A stretch of DNA of 64,000 nucleotides, from contig CALWVN010000007.1 in assembly GCA_944384995.1 (NCBI GenBank), positions 4,348 through 68,347 on the forward strand, read 5' to 3'. A program made the position numbers and the translations under genes. Source of the DNA: an uncultured Clostridia bacterium (GTDB lineage Bacteria > Bacillota > Clostridia > Oscillospirales > Acutalibacteraceae). Shown here piece after piece: positions 27,553-38,200 of the stretch. How positions within the stretch are numbered: the first letter of the stretch is position 1; each line of letters starts with the position of its first letter. Below the pieces are notes generated by a model, which searched no databases, was not told where the DNA came from, and saw only the letters and a list, made by a program, of their open reading frames with translations.

Positions 27553-27960
27553 CTAATCGGAAAGCGCCATACCGTTGGCGTCGGTGATTTTGCCCTGGAA
27601 AATCTGTACGGCTTCTACGATTGCCCAAATCCAAATGGCTGTCGGCGCAACAAACGTCCAGCTCAAAAGGATCGTCACAAGCAGCTGGATGACCGCCTTC
27701 TTTGTGTAGCCAAGGTAAAAGTTGTGAATACCCAGCTGCCCTAAGAAAATCGCCAAAAGCCCCGCGGCAATCTTCGATTTACCCCCTACTGCCGGCTTCT
27801 GCTGTAAAGCGACACCACACGAAACGCACACCACAGCGGACGGTGCGACGGGATTGCCGCAGTTCGGGCAGAATGCGCTCCCCGCGCCTGCGGGCGTGCC
27901 ACAAGTCAGGCAGACGGCCTGATTCGGGTCCATAGCGTTTCCGCAGTTTCTGCAAAACAT
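27553..27960 (-). CDS. Double zinc-ribbon + TM2-domain membrane protein
   Basis: MFCRNCGN...CLTCG...CPNCGN...CVSCG, followed by the TM2-type segment AAGLLAIFLGQLGIHNFYLGY. AGGAGG lies upstream of ATG 27960. Confidence 0.8.
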   Translation of the reverse strand: MFCRNCGNAMDPNQAVCLTCGTPAGAGSAFCPNCGNPVAPSAVVCVSCGVALQQKPAVGGKSKIAAGLLAIFLGQLGIHNFYLGYTKKAVIQLLVTILLSWTFVAPTAIWIWAIVEAVQIFQGKITDANGMALSD

Positions 27961-28137
27961 AAAATCTCCTCCTAAATAAAAAAATGGGAAGTGCAAATTC
28001 CCGCTTTCGGCGGGATATTTTCACCCCCATCATATGATATTTTAGGAAAGATGTCAAGCGGTTTTACAAAAAGTCACCTACAATTTGTGAATACCTAACG
28101 ATTTCCATATGCACAACCGCCATAAGGAGGCGTAAGG

Positions 28138-28168
28138 CAAAAAACACCCCGTCCGAGGACGGGGTGCA
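28138..28168 (-). terminator. Terminator after rplL
   Basis: On the minus strand: CACCCCGTCC-TCG-GGACGGGGTG followed by TTTTTTGCC. Confidence 0.8.
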
Positions 28169-28185
28169 TAACGGCAAAACCGTTT

Positions 28186-28563
28186 TTATTTGAGTTCGAC
28201 CTTGGCGCCGACTTCTTCGAGCTTAGCTTTGGCAGCTTCGGCTTCTTCCTTCGGCATAGCTTCCTTGACGGTCTTGGGTGCGCCGTCGACGAGGGCTTTC
28301 GCTTCGCCGAGGCCCAGACCCGTGATCTCACGGACAGCCTTGATGACCTTGATCTTCTCGGAACCGACTTCCGCAAGGACAACGTCAAATTCGGTCTTTT
28401 CTTCCGCAGCAGCAGCGCCGCCTTCCGCCGGAGCCGCAACCGCTACGGCAGCAGCCGCAGACACGCCGAATTCTTCTTCTACTGCATGGACGAGCTCAGA
28501 CAGCTCGAGAACGGACATTGCTTTGATCTCTTCAAGCAATGCGGTAACTTTTTCAGATGCCAT
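28186..28563 (-). CDS. rplL: 50S ribosomal protein L7/L12
   Basis: 125 aa with an Ala-rich hinge and the C-terminus [26 protein letters not shown]. Confidence 0.97.
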   Translation of the reverse strand: MASEKVTALLEEIKAMSVLELSELVHAVEEEFGVSAAAAVAVAAPAEGGAAAAEEKTEFDVVLAEVGSEKIKVIKAVREITGLGLGEAKALVDGAPKTVKEAMPKEEAEAAKAKLEEVGAKVELK

Positions 28564-28593
28564 TTCTATGATCCTCCATTTTTCTTTTTAGGA

Positions 28594-29187
28594 TTATTCG
28601 GCAGGGGTCTCCTCTGCCGCAGGTGCAGCTTCTTCTGCTGCGGGAGCAGCTTCCTCGGCTGCGGGTTCGGCCGCTTCGGCGGCGGGGGCCTCCTCACCGC
28701 CCTTGTCTACGACGGCCTGAATGGCACGCGCAAACGCAGCGATCGGCGCATTGAACGCGCTGAGCACCGTGGCGAGCAATACCTCGCGCGACGGCAGCTT
28801 AGCAAGACTTTGCAGCTTGGCAAGGTCGATCACTTCATCATCCAGGAAACCACCTTTCAGATTGAAGCTGTCGCTCTTGTCCGCATATTTCCCAAGGATC
28901 CTTGCGGCAGCGACATAGTCATCCGCGCTCGTTGCAATCGCGGTCGTGCCCTCTAAGACGCTGTCGAGCGCCTCATACGGGGTACCCTCGAATGCGAGAT
29001 GCAGAAGCGTGTTCTTGGAAACGGTGTACTGCACCCCCGCTTCACGAAGCTCCTTACGAAGCTGGGTGTCGTCGGCGACGGAGATCCCGCGATAATCCAC
29101 AAGCACGCCCGCGCAAGCCCCGTCCAAACGAGCCTTGAGGTCAGCGACCTGCTGCTTTTTCAGTTCCAAAACTTTCTCACTCGGCAA
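28594..29187 (-). CDS. rplJ: 50S ribosomal protein L10 (with an Ala/Glu/Pro-rich C-terminal extension)
   Basis: TTG start at 29187, 5 nt after GGAGGTG, giving MPSEKVLELKKQQVADLKARL. The tail is ...GGEEAPAAEAAEPAAEEAAPAAEEAAPAAEETPAE. Confidence 0.9.
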   Translation of the reverse strand: MPSEKVLELKKQQVADLKARLDGACAGVLVDYRGISVADDTQLRKELREAGVQYTVSKNTLLHLAFEGTPYEALDSVLEGTTAIATSADDYVAAARILGKYADKSDSFNLKGGFLDDEVIDLAKLQSLAKLPSREVLLATVLSAFNAPIAAFARAIQAVVDKGGEEAPAAEAAEPAAEEAAPAAEEAAPAAEETPAE

Positions 29188-29189
29188 AA

Positions 29190-29352
29190 CATTCACCTCC
29201 AAAACATAAAATGACGCTTGCTTTATGAGAAAACAAAAGCCTTTTCCGCACAAAGACGGAAAAGGCCTGATTTACCTTAACAAAAGTAAAGCACTTTTCC
29301 TCGGCAGGCGGGCAAAGCCCTTACGCAAGCGCACCTGCTGTCTTCGGCAAGC
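29190..29352 (-). promoter_or_regulatory. rplJL leader with an attenuator hairpin (L10-leader-like)
   Basis: A 5' UTR of roughly 165 nt (estimated from the promoter position). It contains the hairpin AGGCCTTTTCCG-TCTTTGTG-CGGAAAAGGCT followed by TTTGTTTTCTC (29227-29268). This fits the L10/L12 autoregulatory attenuation known in Firmicutes. Confidence 0.55.
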
Positions 29353-29358
29353 GAGAGT

Positions 29359-29387
29359 ATACTAACACAAGCGACCTTGCTTGTCAA
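29359..29387 (-). promoter_or_regulatory. Internal promoter for rplJ-rplL
   Basis: On the minus strand: TTGACA (29387-29382), a 17-nt spacer, then TAGTAT (29364-29359). Confidence 0.6.
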
Positions 29388-29395
29388 GTATCTTT

Positions 29396-30103
29396 TTATT
29401 CGGCAGCGGGAGCAGCGCCGATCTTGTTGGCGTTGACCTTGATGCCGGGGCCCATGGTGGTCGCGACCACGCAGGACTTGATGTACTGACCCTTCATCGC
29501 AGCGGGCTTCGCCTTGATGACGGCGTCCATCAGCGCGTTGAAGTTCTCCTCGAGCTTTTCGGGGCCGAACGAGACCTTACCGATGGGGCAGTGGATGATG
29601 TTGGTCTTGTCGAGTCTGTACTCGATCTTACCGGCTTTCGCTTCGGTGACGGCTTTGGCAACGTCAGGCGAGACCGTACCGGCCTTGGGCGAGGGCATAA
29701 GCCCGCGCGGGCCGAGAATCTTACCGAGACGGCCGACAAGGCCCATCATGTTGGGCGCCGCGATGCAGACGTCAAAGTCCAGCATACCGCCCTGCACCTG
29801 CTCGACAAGGTCTTCCGCACCGACGATCTCCGCACCTGCGGCGGCAGCGGCATCCGCGTCCGCGCCCTTTGCAAAAACGGCAACGCGCACGCGCTTACCG
29901 GTACCGTTGGGCAGGATGACCGCGCCGCGAACCTGCTGGTCAGCATGGCGGGAGTCAACGCCCAGGCGGATATGCAGTTCCACGGTCTCATCGAACTTCG
30001 CCGTGGCGGTTTTTACAGTCAGCGCAAGCGCTTCGTCGGTATCATACAGCTTGGTCTTATCCACCAGCTTTACGCTTTCCGCGTATTTCTTACCGTGTTT
30101 CAT
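29396..30103 (-). CDS. rplA: 50S ribosomal protein L1
   Basis: [21 protein letters not shown]...; the ORF opens 3 codons earlier at 30112, but that ATG is too close to the GGAGG. Confidence 0.93.
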   Translation of the reverse strand: MKHGKKYAESVKLVDKTKLYDTDEALALTVKTATAKFDETVELHIRLGVDSRHADQQVRGAVILPNGTGKRVRVAVFAKGADADAAAAAGAEIVGAEDLVEQVQGGMLDFDVCIAAPNMMGLVGRLGKILGPRGLMPSPKAGTVSPDVAKAVTEAKAGKIEYRLDKTNIIHCPIGKVSFGPEKLEENFNALMDAVIKAKPAAMKGQYIKSCVVATTMGPGIKVNANKIGAAPAAE

Positions 30104-30159
30104 AACATTCATTTCCTCCTATGAAGTGGTTATCGGATTTTTCCTCCCACGAAGGAGCA

Positions 30160-30585
30160 TCAATCTTCAACAGTGACGCCCATGGAACGCGCAGTACCCG
30201 CGATCATACGCATGGCCGCTTCGACATTGGCAGCGTTGAGATCGGGCATTTTCTGCTCGGCGATCTTGCGGACCTGTTCCGTCGTGATCTTCGCGACCTT
30301 GGTCTTGTTCGGGACGCCCGAACCGCTTTCGATGCCGCACGCCTTTTTGATCAGGACGGCCGCGGGCGGGGTCTTCGTTACGAACGTGAACGAACGGTCT
30401 GCGTAAACCGTGATGACGACGGGGATGATCATGCCCATGTCGTTCTTGGTGCGTTCGTTGAATTCTTTCGTGAACGCCATGATGTTAACGCCGTGCTGAC
30501 CGAGCGCCGGTCCGACAGGCGGTGCCGGCGTCGCTTTGCCGGCGGGGATTTGCAGCTTAATGAAGCCTACAACCTTTTGAGCCAT
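30160..30585 (-). CDS. rplK: 50S ribosomal protein L11
   Basis: [38 protein letters not shown]... Confidence 0.97.
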   Translation of the reverse strand: MAQKVVGFIKLQIPAGKATPAPPVGPALGQHGVNIMAFTKEFNERTKNDMGMIIPVVITVYADRSFTFVTKTPPAAVLIKKACGIESGSGVPNKTKVAKITTEQVRKIAEQKMPDLNAANVEAAMRMIAGTARSMGVTVED

Positions 30586-30700
30586 TAGTTAGCACCTCCG
30601 AAATTCGTGGTAGTGGCGGGACGGCTGTCTGCCGGCCCTCCCACAGCGCGCCGAATCGGCACGCCGAAACCAAGCGGGAGACCCGCTTAATTACCGATGA

Positions 30701-31261
30701 TTATTCTTTGACGGTCTCGACCTGGTCGAGCTCCAACTCGACGGGCGTCTCTTTTCCGAACATGGAAATAATGACGCGCACCGAATTGCCTTCCGTATCG
30801 ATATTGTCCACAACGCCGATGACGCCTTCAAACGCACCGTCCACGATGGTGACCATATCGCCCTTTTCGTAGTTGACCTCCACCACGCGCTTTTCAACGC
30901 CGAGCTGAAGGACTTCCTCCTCCGTCAGGGGGACGGGCTTGCTTTCGGGGCCGACAAACCCCGTGACGCCGCGCGTATTGCGCACAACATACCAAGCGTC
31001 GTCGGTCATTTTGACCTCGTCTGTATCCTCGTTTTCAAAAACGGCGAATTTCACGAGCACATAGCCCGGAAAGACCTTGCGCTCCACCTCTTTTTTCGTA
31101 CCGTCCTCACGGATCTCGGTCACAGTCTCGGTGGGCACTTTGACCTCGAGGATCTGATCGTGCATTTTCCGGTTTTCCACAACGGTCTCGATATTTGCCG
31201 CGACCTTGTTTTCATAGCCGGAATAGGTGTGCACGACATACCATCTTGCATCGTCTGCCAT
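30701..31261 (-). CDS. nusG: Transcription termination/antitermination factor NusG
   Basis: MADDARWYVVHTYSGYENKV..., with an insertion domain and the C-terminal KOW motif (GDMVTIVDGAFEG). Confidence 0.93.
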   Translation of the reverse strand: MADDARWYVVHTYSGYENKVAANIETVVENRKMHDQILEVKVPTETVTEIREDGTKKEVERKVFPGYVLVKFAVFENEDTDEVKMTDDAWYVVRNTRGVTGFVGPESKPVPLTEEEVLQLGVEKRVVEVNYEKGDMVTIVDGAFEGVIGVVDNIDTEGNSVRVIISMFGKETPVELELDQVETVKE

Positions 31262-31277
31262 TCGATAAGCTCCTTCG

Positions 31278-31727
31278 TCAGAATCCCAGCAGCCCGGAAA
31301 GCATCGCGCCTGCGGCAGCCGTGGTGGTCTCGCCTTCGGCCGCAGCGTCGCTGCCGACGCGTTCAGCAAGACGGACCAGCGCGCCGATTCCTTCGGAAAG
31401 GCCCGTGTCGATGAGCCACAGGATCACGCCCAGCACCGCAACGACCACGATGACCACCGCTGTGCTCTTAAGCACGGTCTTGGCATCGGGCCAAACGATC
31501 TTTTTGGACTCGGATCTTTCATCCTTGAAGAATTTGGCGATCGCTCTGCCCATGCGCACAAAGATGTTGCCCTTTTTCTGCTTGGACGAATCCTTGCTGC
31601 CTTTGGAATCTTTTTTCGCCTTGGGCTCTTTTTTCTCTTTAGAGCTTTTTTCCGCCTTGGCGGGTTTTTCTTTAGAAGACTTCGGTTGCTCGGCAGAACC
31701 CTTTTTGATCTCGTCAGCCATTGTCAA
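31278..31727 (-). CDS. secE: Preprotein translocase subunit SecE (long Lys-rich N-terminus and an extended C-terminus)
   Basis: Core motif FFKDERSESKKIVWPDAKTVLKSTAVVIVVVAVLGVILWLID. Conserved position between rpmG and nusG. Confidence 0.85.
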   Translation of the reverse strand: MTMADEIKKGSAEQPKSSKEKPAKAEKSSKEKKEPKAKKDSKGSKDSSKQKKGNIFVRMGRAIAKFFKDERSESKKIVWPDAKTVLKSTAVVIVVVAVLGVILWLIDTGLSEGIGALVRLAERVGSDAAAEGETTTAAAGAMLSGLLGF

Positions 31728-31737
31728 TCCTCCGTCT

Positions 31738-31887
31738 TTACTTGGTTTCCCTGTGGAGCGTGTGCTTTTTGCAGAATCTGCAATACTTGTTCATCTCCAG
31801 CCGATCGGGCGTGTTTTTCTTGTTCTTCTTGGTGTTGTAGTTGCGCTGTTTGCACTCCGTGCACGCAAGGGTGATCTTGACTCTCAT
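31738..31887 (-). CDS. rpmG: 50S ribosomal protein L33
   Basis: [49 protein letters not shown]. Confidence 0.95.
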   Translation of the reverse strand: MRVKITLACTECKQRNYNTKKNKKNTPDRLEMNKYCRFCKKHTLHRETK

Positions 31888-32111
31888 TTCGGCACCTCCG
31901 TAACGCAGCGGCAAAGCCGCTTTTTCATAGCCTGCCTCAGAAAACAGGGCACAAAAAAAGAACCCTCTTTCAGAGGTATAAGTACTATACCATATCGAAA
32001 GCGGTTCGTCAAGTATTTTTTTGTATATCGCGGCTTTGTGCATGTAAGGGGCACGCGCAAGGGCGGTTTCCATGTCCTTGCACGCGCCCAAACAGATTTT
32101 TTATGTGCCGT

Positions 32112-32588
32112 TTACGATGGTGCCGCATCCTTTGCCTCTGCCGTTTCCGTTTTTGCGCGGCGCAGCAGCCAAATGTTTTGCCCGAACCAGACGATCAGCG
32201 GCAAGGGCGACAGATAAAGCGCCGGTGCCATCGACAGTCCGCTTTGCAGTACCGCCGACAGAACAAGGCACACCGCATTCAAAAGCCCGAGCCCAAGCGG
32301 AAGCCAGAGCCAAAGCCTGCGCGCAGCATAAGACAGGTCTACGAACCTGTATGCGATCAGCGCATAGATCGCCGGCACGCACAGCGCGGCATGCTCGACG
32401 ACGAGCCAGCTCTCCCCGAGCGCCATCTGCGGGAGAAGGATTCCCACGACGCGAATAAAGTCATATTCGTATTCCGGCGGCAGCAAAACGGAGATCAAGG
32501 CACATATGCCGTACACGAGATAAATCAGGAAATACGCGCTCGGGAACACCAGCGCGATCCCGCAAAGCGCTTTGGTTCGTTTGTTCAT
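32112..32588 (-). CDS. Hypothetical integral membrane protein
   Basis: 158 aa with 4-5 hydrophobic helices. No recognisable motif. Confidence 0.5.
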   Translation of the reverse strand: MNKRTKALCGIALVFPSAYFLIYLVYGICALISVLLPPEYEYDFIRVVGILLPQMALGESWLVVEHAALCVPAIYALIAYRFVDLSYAARRLWLWLPLGLGLLNAVCLVLSAVLQSGLSMAPALYLSPLPLIVWFGQNIWLLRRAKTETAEAKDAAPS

Positions 32589-32861
32589 AACATCCTCTCC
32601 TCACACAAGAACAAATTTATTGTCGGAGGAATGATGCTGCATGGGACTCCCCTGCCTTTCCTGAATTCCGATAAAACAAAACGCAGCTGTACAAACTGCA
32701 CTGCCGCGAACCCTTCTTGCCGTGGAACACGCCGCCGCAGTGCGTGCCGGGACAAACTATGTATTTGAATTGTAAGGCTTTTGAACTTCTATAGTATAGT
32801 ATATCAGATTTTCGCCCGATGTCAATGCCTGCGCTTTTTTCAGCTTTTCGCGATTTTCGGA

Positions 32862-32890
32862 TTGACAAAACGAAACGGATGTTGTATAAT
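32862..32890 (+). promoter_or_regulatory. Consensus sigma-A promoter for the tRNA pair
   Basis: TTGACA (32862-32867), a 17-nt spacer, then TATAAT (32885-32890). Confidence 0.75.
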
Positions 32891-32963
32891 ACACGAGCAT
32901 TTGAAGTTACGCATCATTTGAAAGCGTACTTTAGCGCCGCGTCCTTCGGGCGCGCACCGATAT

Positions 32964-33039
32964 CCGGGTGTGGCGCAGTTGGTAGCGCGCGTGGTTTGGG
33001 ACCATGAGGCCGCAGGTTCGAACCCTGTCACTCGGACCA
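32964..33039 (+). tRNA. tRNA-Pro (anticodon TGG), CCA encoded
   Basis: Manual cloverleaf: acceptor CCGGGTG/CACTCGG with a C1-G72 pair, anticodon arm CGTGG-TTTGGGA-CCATG, T-arm GCAGG-TTCGAAC-CCTGT. 76 nt. Confidence 0.9.
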
Positions 33040-33084
33040 GTTGAAAATTACGGGAGGTCCCGTTCTGCGATAAAAACTGCATAC

Positions 33085-33161
<77 letters not shown>

Positions 33162-33213
33162 AGAATAAAGGTAGCGAACAAATAGTCTGCTGCCTTTATT
33201 TGTATCCATGAAC

Positions 33214-33245
33214 GGTCGGAGGGGATCGAACCCCCTCGTCGATGT
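33214..33245 (-). other. Isolated tRNA 3'-half-like fragment (T-arm plus a 3' acceptor-like strand) with no 5' half
   Basis: The minus strand reads CGACGAGGGGGTTCGATCCCCTCCGACCGTTCA. Its 17-nt core is the exact inverted copy of the tRNA-Val T-arm at 33135-33151. No complementary 5' acceptor strand was found upstream. Confidence 0.5.
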
Positions 33246-33314
33246 TGCGGCGGTTTGCCGCAAGGCAGAGCCGAAACCGACATGTGATGCAGAGGTTTGC
33301 GAAGCAAACGAACG

Positions 33315-33352
33315 AAGCAAAGCGAAGCACCGCTTCGTTTTGCTTTTTTTAT
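33315..33352 (+). terminator. Strong intrinsic terminator downstream of the tRNA region
   Basis: AAGCAAAGCGAAGC-ACC-GCTTCGTTTTGCTT followed by TTTTTTATT. Confidence 0.75.
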
Positions 33353-33480
33353 TCTTAACTTTCCCTTTGAATGTTCGATACGATGCGAGCGTCGGAGAGA
33401 GGAAACGAAGCTTTCGCTTACACTGTCGCTGCGCGCGCCTTTGGCAGGCGTGGAAGCCTGCCGCTGCGCAATATGGAAAA

Positions 33481-33520
33481 GCAGCAAAAACCGGCAGTCG
33501 TATCGCTACGACTGCCGGTT
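33481..33520 (-). terminator. Terminator of the CNNM/hemolysin-family gene
   Basis: 14-bp stem AACCGGCAGTCGTA / TACGACTGCCGGTT. On the minus strand it is followed by TTTTTGCTGC. Confidence 0.75.
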
Positions 33521-33531
33521 TGTTATTTCAT

Positions 33532-34941
33532 TTATTCTTCTTCCGCTTTTTCGTCGCGGCGGGTGCGCTCAAAAATCGATTTGCGCTCTTCGGGCTGTTC
33601 TTCCGTCTCGGGTGGCGGCAGGATCTCCACTTTGACCTTGCCGATGCGGCGCTCCTCCACATTGAGCACCGTGAAGCGCACGCCCGCGTATTCGACCGCG
33701 TTCATGTCGCCGTCCTTAGGCAGAAAGCCAAGTCTGCTGATGATAAAGCCGCCGAGCGTATCGTAATCGCCGTCCGGGAATTCGATGTTGAGCTGCTCCT
33801 CGACCTCCTCGAGATCGGTCACACCGTCCATGGTGAAGGTCGTTTCGTTGATCTTGGAGATCTCCTCATCCTCGTTGTCGTATTCATCCTGGATATTGCC
33901 GACGATGGCTTCCACGATATCCTCCAGCGTCACAAGCCCCGCCGTGCCGCCGTATTCGTCTACGACGATCGCCATTTGGATGTGCTTTTCGGTCATTTCG
34001 GAGAACAGCGCGCCGCAGCGTTTGGTCTCCGGCACGAAATACGCCTCGCGCATAAAGTCCTTGATGCCTTTGGATTTCGGCAGCGACGCGCCGACATATT
34101 TGAGCAGATCTTTGATGTATACGATCCCGACGACATTGTCGGGGTCTTCTTCATACACGGGGATGCGCGAATAGCCCTCCTTGATAGAAAGCGCGAGCAC
34201 CTCCGAAAGGGAATCCTCGATGTCCACGCACGCCATATCGGTGCGGTGGGTCATGATGTCCGCCACGTCGATGTCGTCGAACTCGAAGATATTGTTGATC
34301 ATCTCTTTCTGGACGTCCTCAATGACGCCTTTTTCCTGCCCGACGTCCACCATCATGCGGATCTCCTCTTCCGTGACGGGTTCCTCGTCGGCGTTCGGGT
34401 CCATGCCGCAGAGGCGCACAACGCCGTTTGTGGAGACGGAAAGCAGCTTGACAAAGGGCAGACAGATCTTATTGATAAACAACAAAATCGGCACAACCGC
34501 AAACGAAACCTTTTCGGGCTTCTGCATAGCGATCTTTTTGGGGGCGAGCTCACCCAAAACCAGCGAAAAATACGAGGTAACAAGCGTAATGAGCACCGTG
34601 GAAACGCCGCTGATGACACCGAGCGGCACCACATTTGCAATCGCAGTTCCCGCAATCGCGTCGGTCAGCATGGTCGCAAAGCTCTGCGCCGCCGTAGCAG
34701 AGGTCAGAAAGCCTGCAAGCGTCACGCCGATCTGGATGGTCGAAAGGAAATTGCTGGAGTTTTCCGTCAGCTTTTTCACCTGACGGGCTTTTTTGTGCCC
34801 CTCTTCGGCGAGCTTATCGATCTTCGCGTCGTTGAGCGAAATGATCGCGATCTCCGACATGGCAAAGAAGGCGTTGAGCATCGTGAGCACAAAAAGCAAT
34901 ACGAGCTTCAGTATAATATTCCCGGGGTCTGCGTCGTCCAT
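33532..34941 (-). CDS. Hemolysin-family / CNNM-type protein (DUF21 - CBS pair - CorC_HlyC)
   Basis: Starts MDDADPGNIILKLVLLFVLTMLNAFFAMSEIA (DUF21), then a CBS pair (VADIMTHRTD...VVGIVYIKDLL) and a CorC/HlyC C-terminus (FTVLNVEERRIGKVKVE). Confidence 0.88.
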   Translation of the reverse strand: MDDADPGNIILKLVLLFVLTMLNAFFAMSEIAIISLNDAKIDKLAEEGHKKARQVKKLTENSSNFLSTIQIGVTLAGFLTSATAAQSFATMLTDAIAGTAIANVVPLGVISGVSTVLITLVTSYFSLVLGELAPKKIAMQKPEKVSFAVVPILLFINKICLPFVKLLSVSTNGVVRLCGMDPNADEEPVTEEEIRMMVDVGQEKGVIEDVQKEMINNIFEFDDIDVADIMTHRTDMACVDIEDSLSEVLALSIKEGYSRIPVYEEDPDNVVGIVYIKDLLKYVGASLPKSKGIKDFMREAYFVPETKRCGALFSEMTEKHIQMAIVVDEYGGTAGLVTLEDIVEAIVGNIQDEYDNEDEEISKINETTFTMDGVTDLEEVEEQLNIEFPDGDYDTLGGFIISRLGFLPKDGDMNAVEYAGVRFTVLNVEERRIGKVKVEILPPPETEEQPEERKSIFERTRRDEKAEEE

Positions 34942-35255
34942 ATGGTTTGTGGACTCCTTTCTGAAATATATAAATTTCTGTATAGTATATACTATTTTAC
35001 ATATAAAGTCAACGCCGTACAACAGAAATGTACGGCTGTGGGACAAATGTCGTTTTCCGCAAAACACCAAGCCGCCTTTTCCTTACAGAATCTTCAAAAA
35101 AAATCTGTTTTTGACGGGATTTTCATCGGATTTCATATTTACATGCGCGGCTTGACGTGCTAAAATGATTTCGTATGCGAACGGGCAGCCATCCCGTTTT
35201 CTAAGGTGCGGATCCCCGTTCCTTGCAGGCAACTATCCACCAAGGAGGAAATATC

Positions 35256-38200
35256 ATGGCAGAAACGAAAAAGCCCATCGTCTCGCGCAAGTCGAAGTCG
35301 ATGGACGGGAACAATGCCGCCGCGTATGTCTCCTATGCATTCACGGAAGTCGCGGGCATTTACCCGATCACGCCCTCTTCGCCCATGGCCGACTACGTAG
35401 ACCAGTGGGCTGCGCAGGGGCAGAAAAACATCTTCGGCACGACCGTCCGTGTGGCGGAAATGCAGTCCGAAGCAGGCGCTGCGGGCACCGTACACGGTTC
35501 GCTTGCCGCAGGCGCACTGACCACCACCTACACCGCTTCGCAGGGTCTTCTTTTGATGATCCCGAACATGTATAAGATCGCCGGCGAACTGCTGCCTTCC
35601 GTGTTCCACGTGTCGGCACGCTGCGTCGCTTCGCACGCGCTGAACATTTTCGGTGACCACTCCGACGTGTATGCCTGCCGTCAGACGGGCTTCGCGATGC
35701 TCGCCGAGACGAATCCGCAGGAGGTCATGGACCTCGGTGCGGTCGCGCACCTTGCCGCCATCGAGGGCAGAGTGCCGTTCATCAACTTCTTCGACGGTTT
35801 CCGCACCTCGCACGAGATCCAGAAGATCAAGGTTTGGGACTACGAAGACCTCAAGGAAATGTGCAACATGGACGCTGTGCATGCGTTCCGCAAGCGCGCG
35901 CTCAACCCCGAGCGCCCCGTGATGCGCGGCTCGCACGAAAACGGCGACATCTTCTTCCAGCACAGAGAGGCGTGCAACAAATACTATGACGCCGTCCCCG
36001 CTGTCGTTGAAAAGTACATGGACAAGGTCAACGAAAAGCTCGGCACGGACTACAAGCTGTTCAACTACTACGGCGCGCCGGACGCGGAGCGCGTGATCGT
36101 TGCGATGGGCTCCATCTGCGACGTTGCGGAAGAAGTCATCGACTATCTGACCGCCAAGGGCGAAAAGGTCGGTCTTGTGAAAGTCCGCCTGTATCGTCCG
36201 TTCAGCGTCAAGCACTTCGCGGATGCGATCCCTGCATCTGTCAAGAAGATCGCCGTGCTTGACCGCACTAAGGAACCCGGCTCCATCGGTGAACCGCTGT
36301 TCTTAGATGTTGTCGCCGCGCTGGACGAAGCCGGCAGAAACATCGAAGTCTGCGGCGGCCGTTACGGCCTCGGTTCCAAGGACACCCCGCCCGCATCCGT
36401 CTTTGCCGTGTATGAGCACCTTGAGAAAGAGCATCCCGAGCGCCGCTTCACCATCGGCATCAACGATGACGTGACCCACCTTTCCCTGCCCGAGAAGCCC
36501 TCGCCCAACACCGCGGCGGAAGGCACCATCGAGTGCAAGTTCTGGGGCCTTGGCGGCGACGGCACGGTCGGTGCGAACAAGGACTCCATCAAGATCATCG
36601 GCGACCATACCGATAAATATGTGCAGGCATACTTCCAGTATGACTCCAAAAAGACCGGCGGCGTGACCATTTCCCACCTGCGCTTCGGCGACAAGCCGAT
36701 CAAGAGCCCCTACTACATCAACAAGGCGGACTTTGTGGCTTGCCACAATCCCTCCTACATTGAAAAGGGCTTCAAAATGGTGCAGGACGTCAAGCCCGGC
36801 GGCGTATTCCTCATCAACTGCCAGTGGGATGCCGCAGAGCTTGCCGAAAAGCTCAACGCCGAAACCAAGCGCTACATCGCGCAGAACAACATCCAGCTTT
36901 ATACCGTGAACGCGATCGACATCGCCGCCGAGATCGGCCTTGGTAAGCGCACCAACACGGTTCTGCAGTCTGCGTTCTTCTCCCTTTCCAAGGTGCTGCC
37001 CGAGGCGGAAGCCATCGGCTACATGAAGGAAAAGGCGCAGAAGTTCATGAAGAAGGGCAAAGAGATCGTCGAAATGAACGAAAAGGCGATCGATGCAGGC
37101 GCAAGCGCCTATGTGAAGATCGACGTGCCCGCCGAGTGGGCGAATGCGACGGATGATGCACAGCCCGCGACGGACAAGGGGCCCGCGAAGCTCGTCAAGA
37201 TGGTCGACTCCATCATGAAGCCGGTCGGCAAGATGGACGGCGACTCTCTTCCCGTTTCCGCCTTTGTGGATCATGCGGACGGTACGTTCGAACAGGGTGC
37301 TTCCGCTTACGAGAAGCGCGGCGTTGCGGTCATGGTTCCCGAGTGGAACCCCGACACCTGCGTACAGTGCAACAAGTGCGCGTATGTCTGCCCGCACGCG
37401 ACCATCCGCCCCTATGCGCTTGACGCCGAGGAAGCGGCTGCGGCGCCCGCCGTTGCCACGCTTGCGGACAAAAAAGGCAAGGGCAAGGATGTTTACAAAT
37501 ACACAATGGCTGTCTCCCCCATGGACTGCATGGGCTGCGGCGTCTGCGTCGGCGTGTGCCCGACCAACTCCCTGAAAATGGTTCCGCGCGAATCGCAGGA
37601 TGAGAAGCAGGCGGCGTTCGACTACATGGTCGAAAACGTCAGCGTCAAGGAAGACCTTGCGAACAACACCGTCATCGGCAGCCAGTACAAGACTCCGCTT
37701 CTGGAGTTCTCCGGCTCGTGCGCGGGCTGCGCGGAGACCTCGTATGCAAGACTCATCACGCAGCTGTTCGGCGACAGAATGTATATCTCCAACGCGACGG
37801 GCTGCTCGTCCATTTGGGGCGGTCCCGCGGCGACCTCACCGTACACCGTCAACAAGGACGGTCACGGCCCTGCCTGGGCGAACTCGCTGTTTGAGGACAA
37901 CGCCGAGCACGGCTACGGCATGTACCTCGGTCAGAACGCGATCCGCAACCGTTTGATCGACGAAGTCAAAGCCATTGCGGATTCCGACAAGGCCACGGAA
38001 GCTGTGAAGGCGGCGTGCGGCGCATATCTTGACACCGTCAACGACGGCGACAAGAACACGGCGGCAGCAAAAGACCTTGTTGCGGCGCTTGAAGCGTTCG
38101 ACTGCGACTGCGACGCGCGCAAGGATATTCTGGATAACAAGGAATACCTTTCCAAGAAGTCCATTTGGATCTTCGGCGGCGACGGCTGGGCATACGACAT

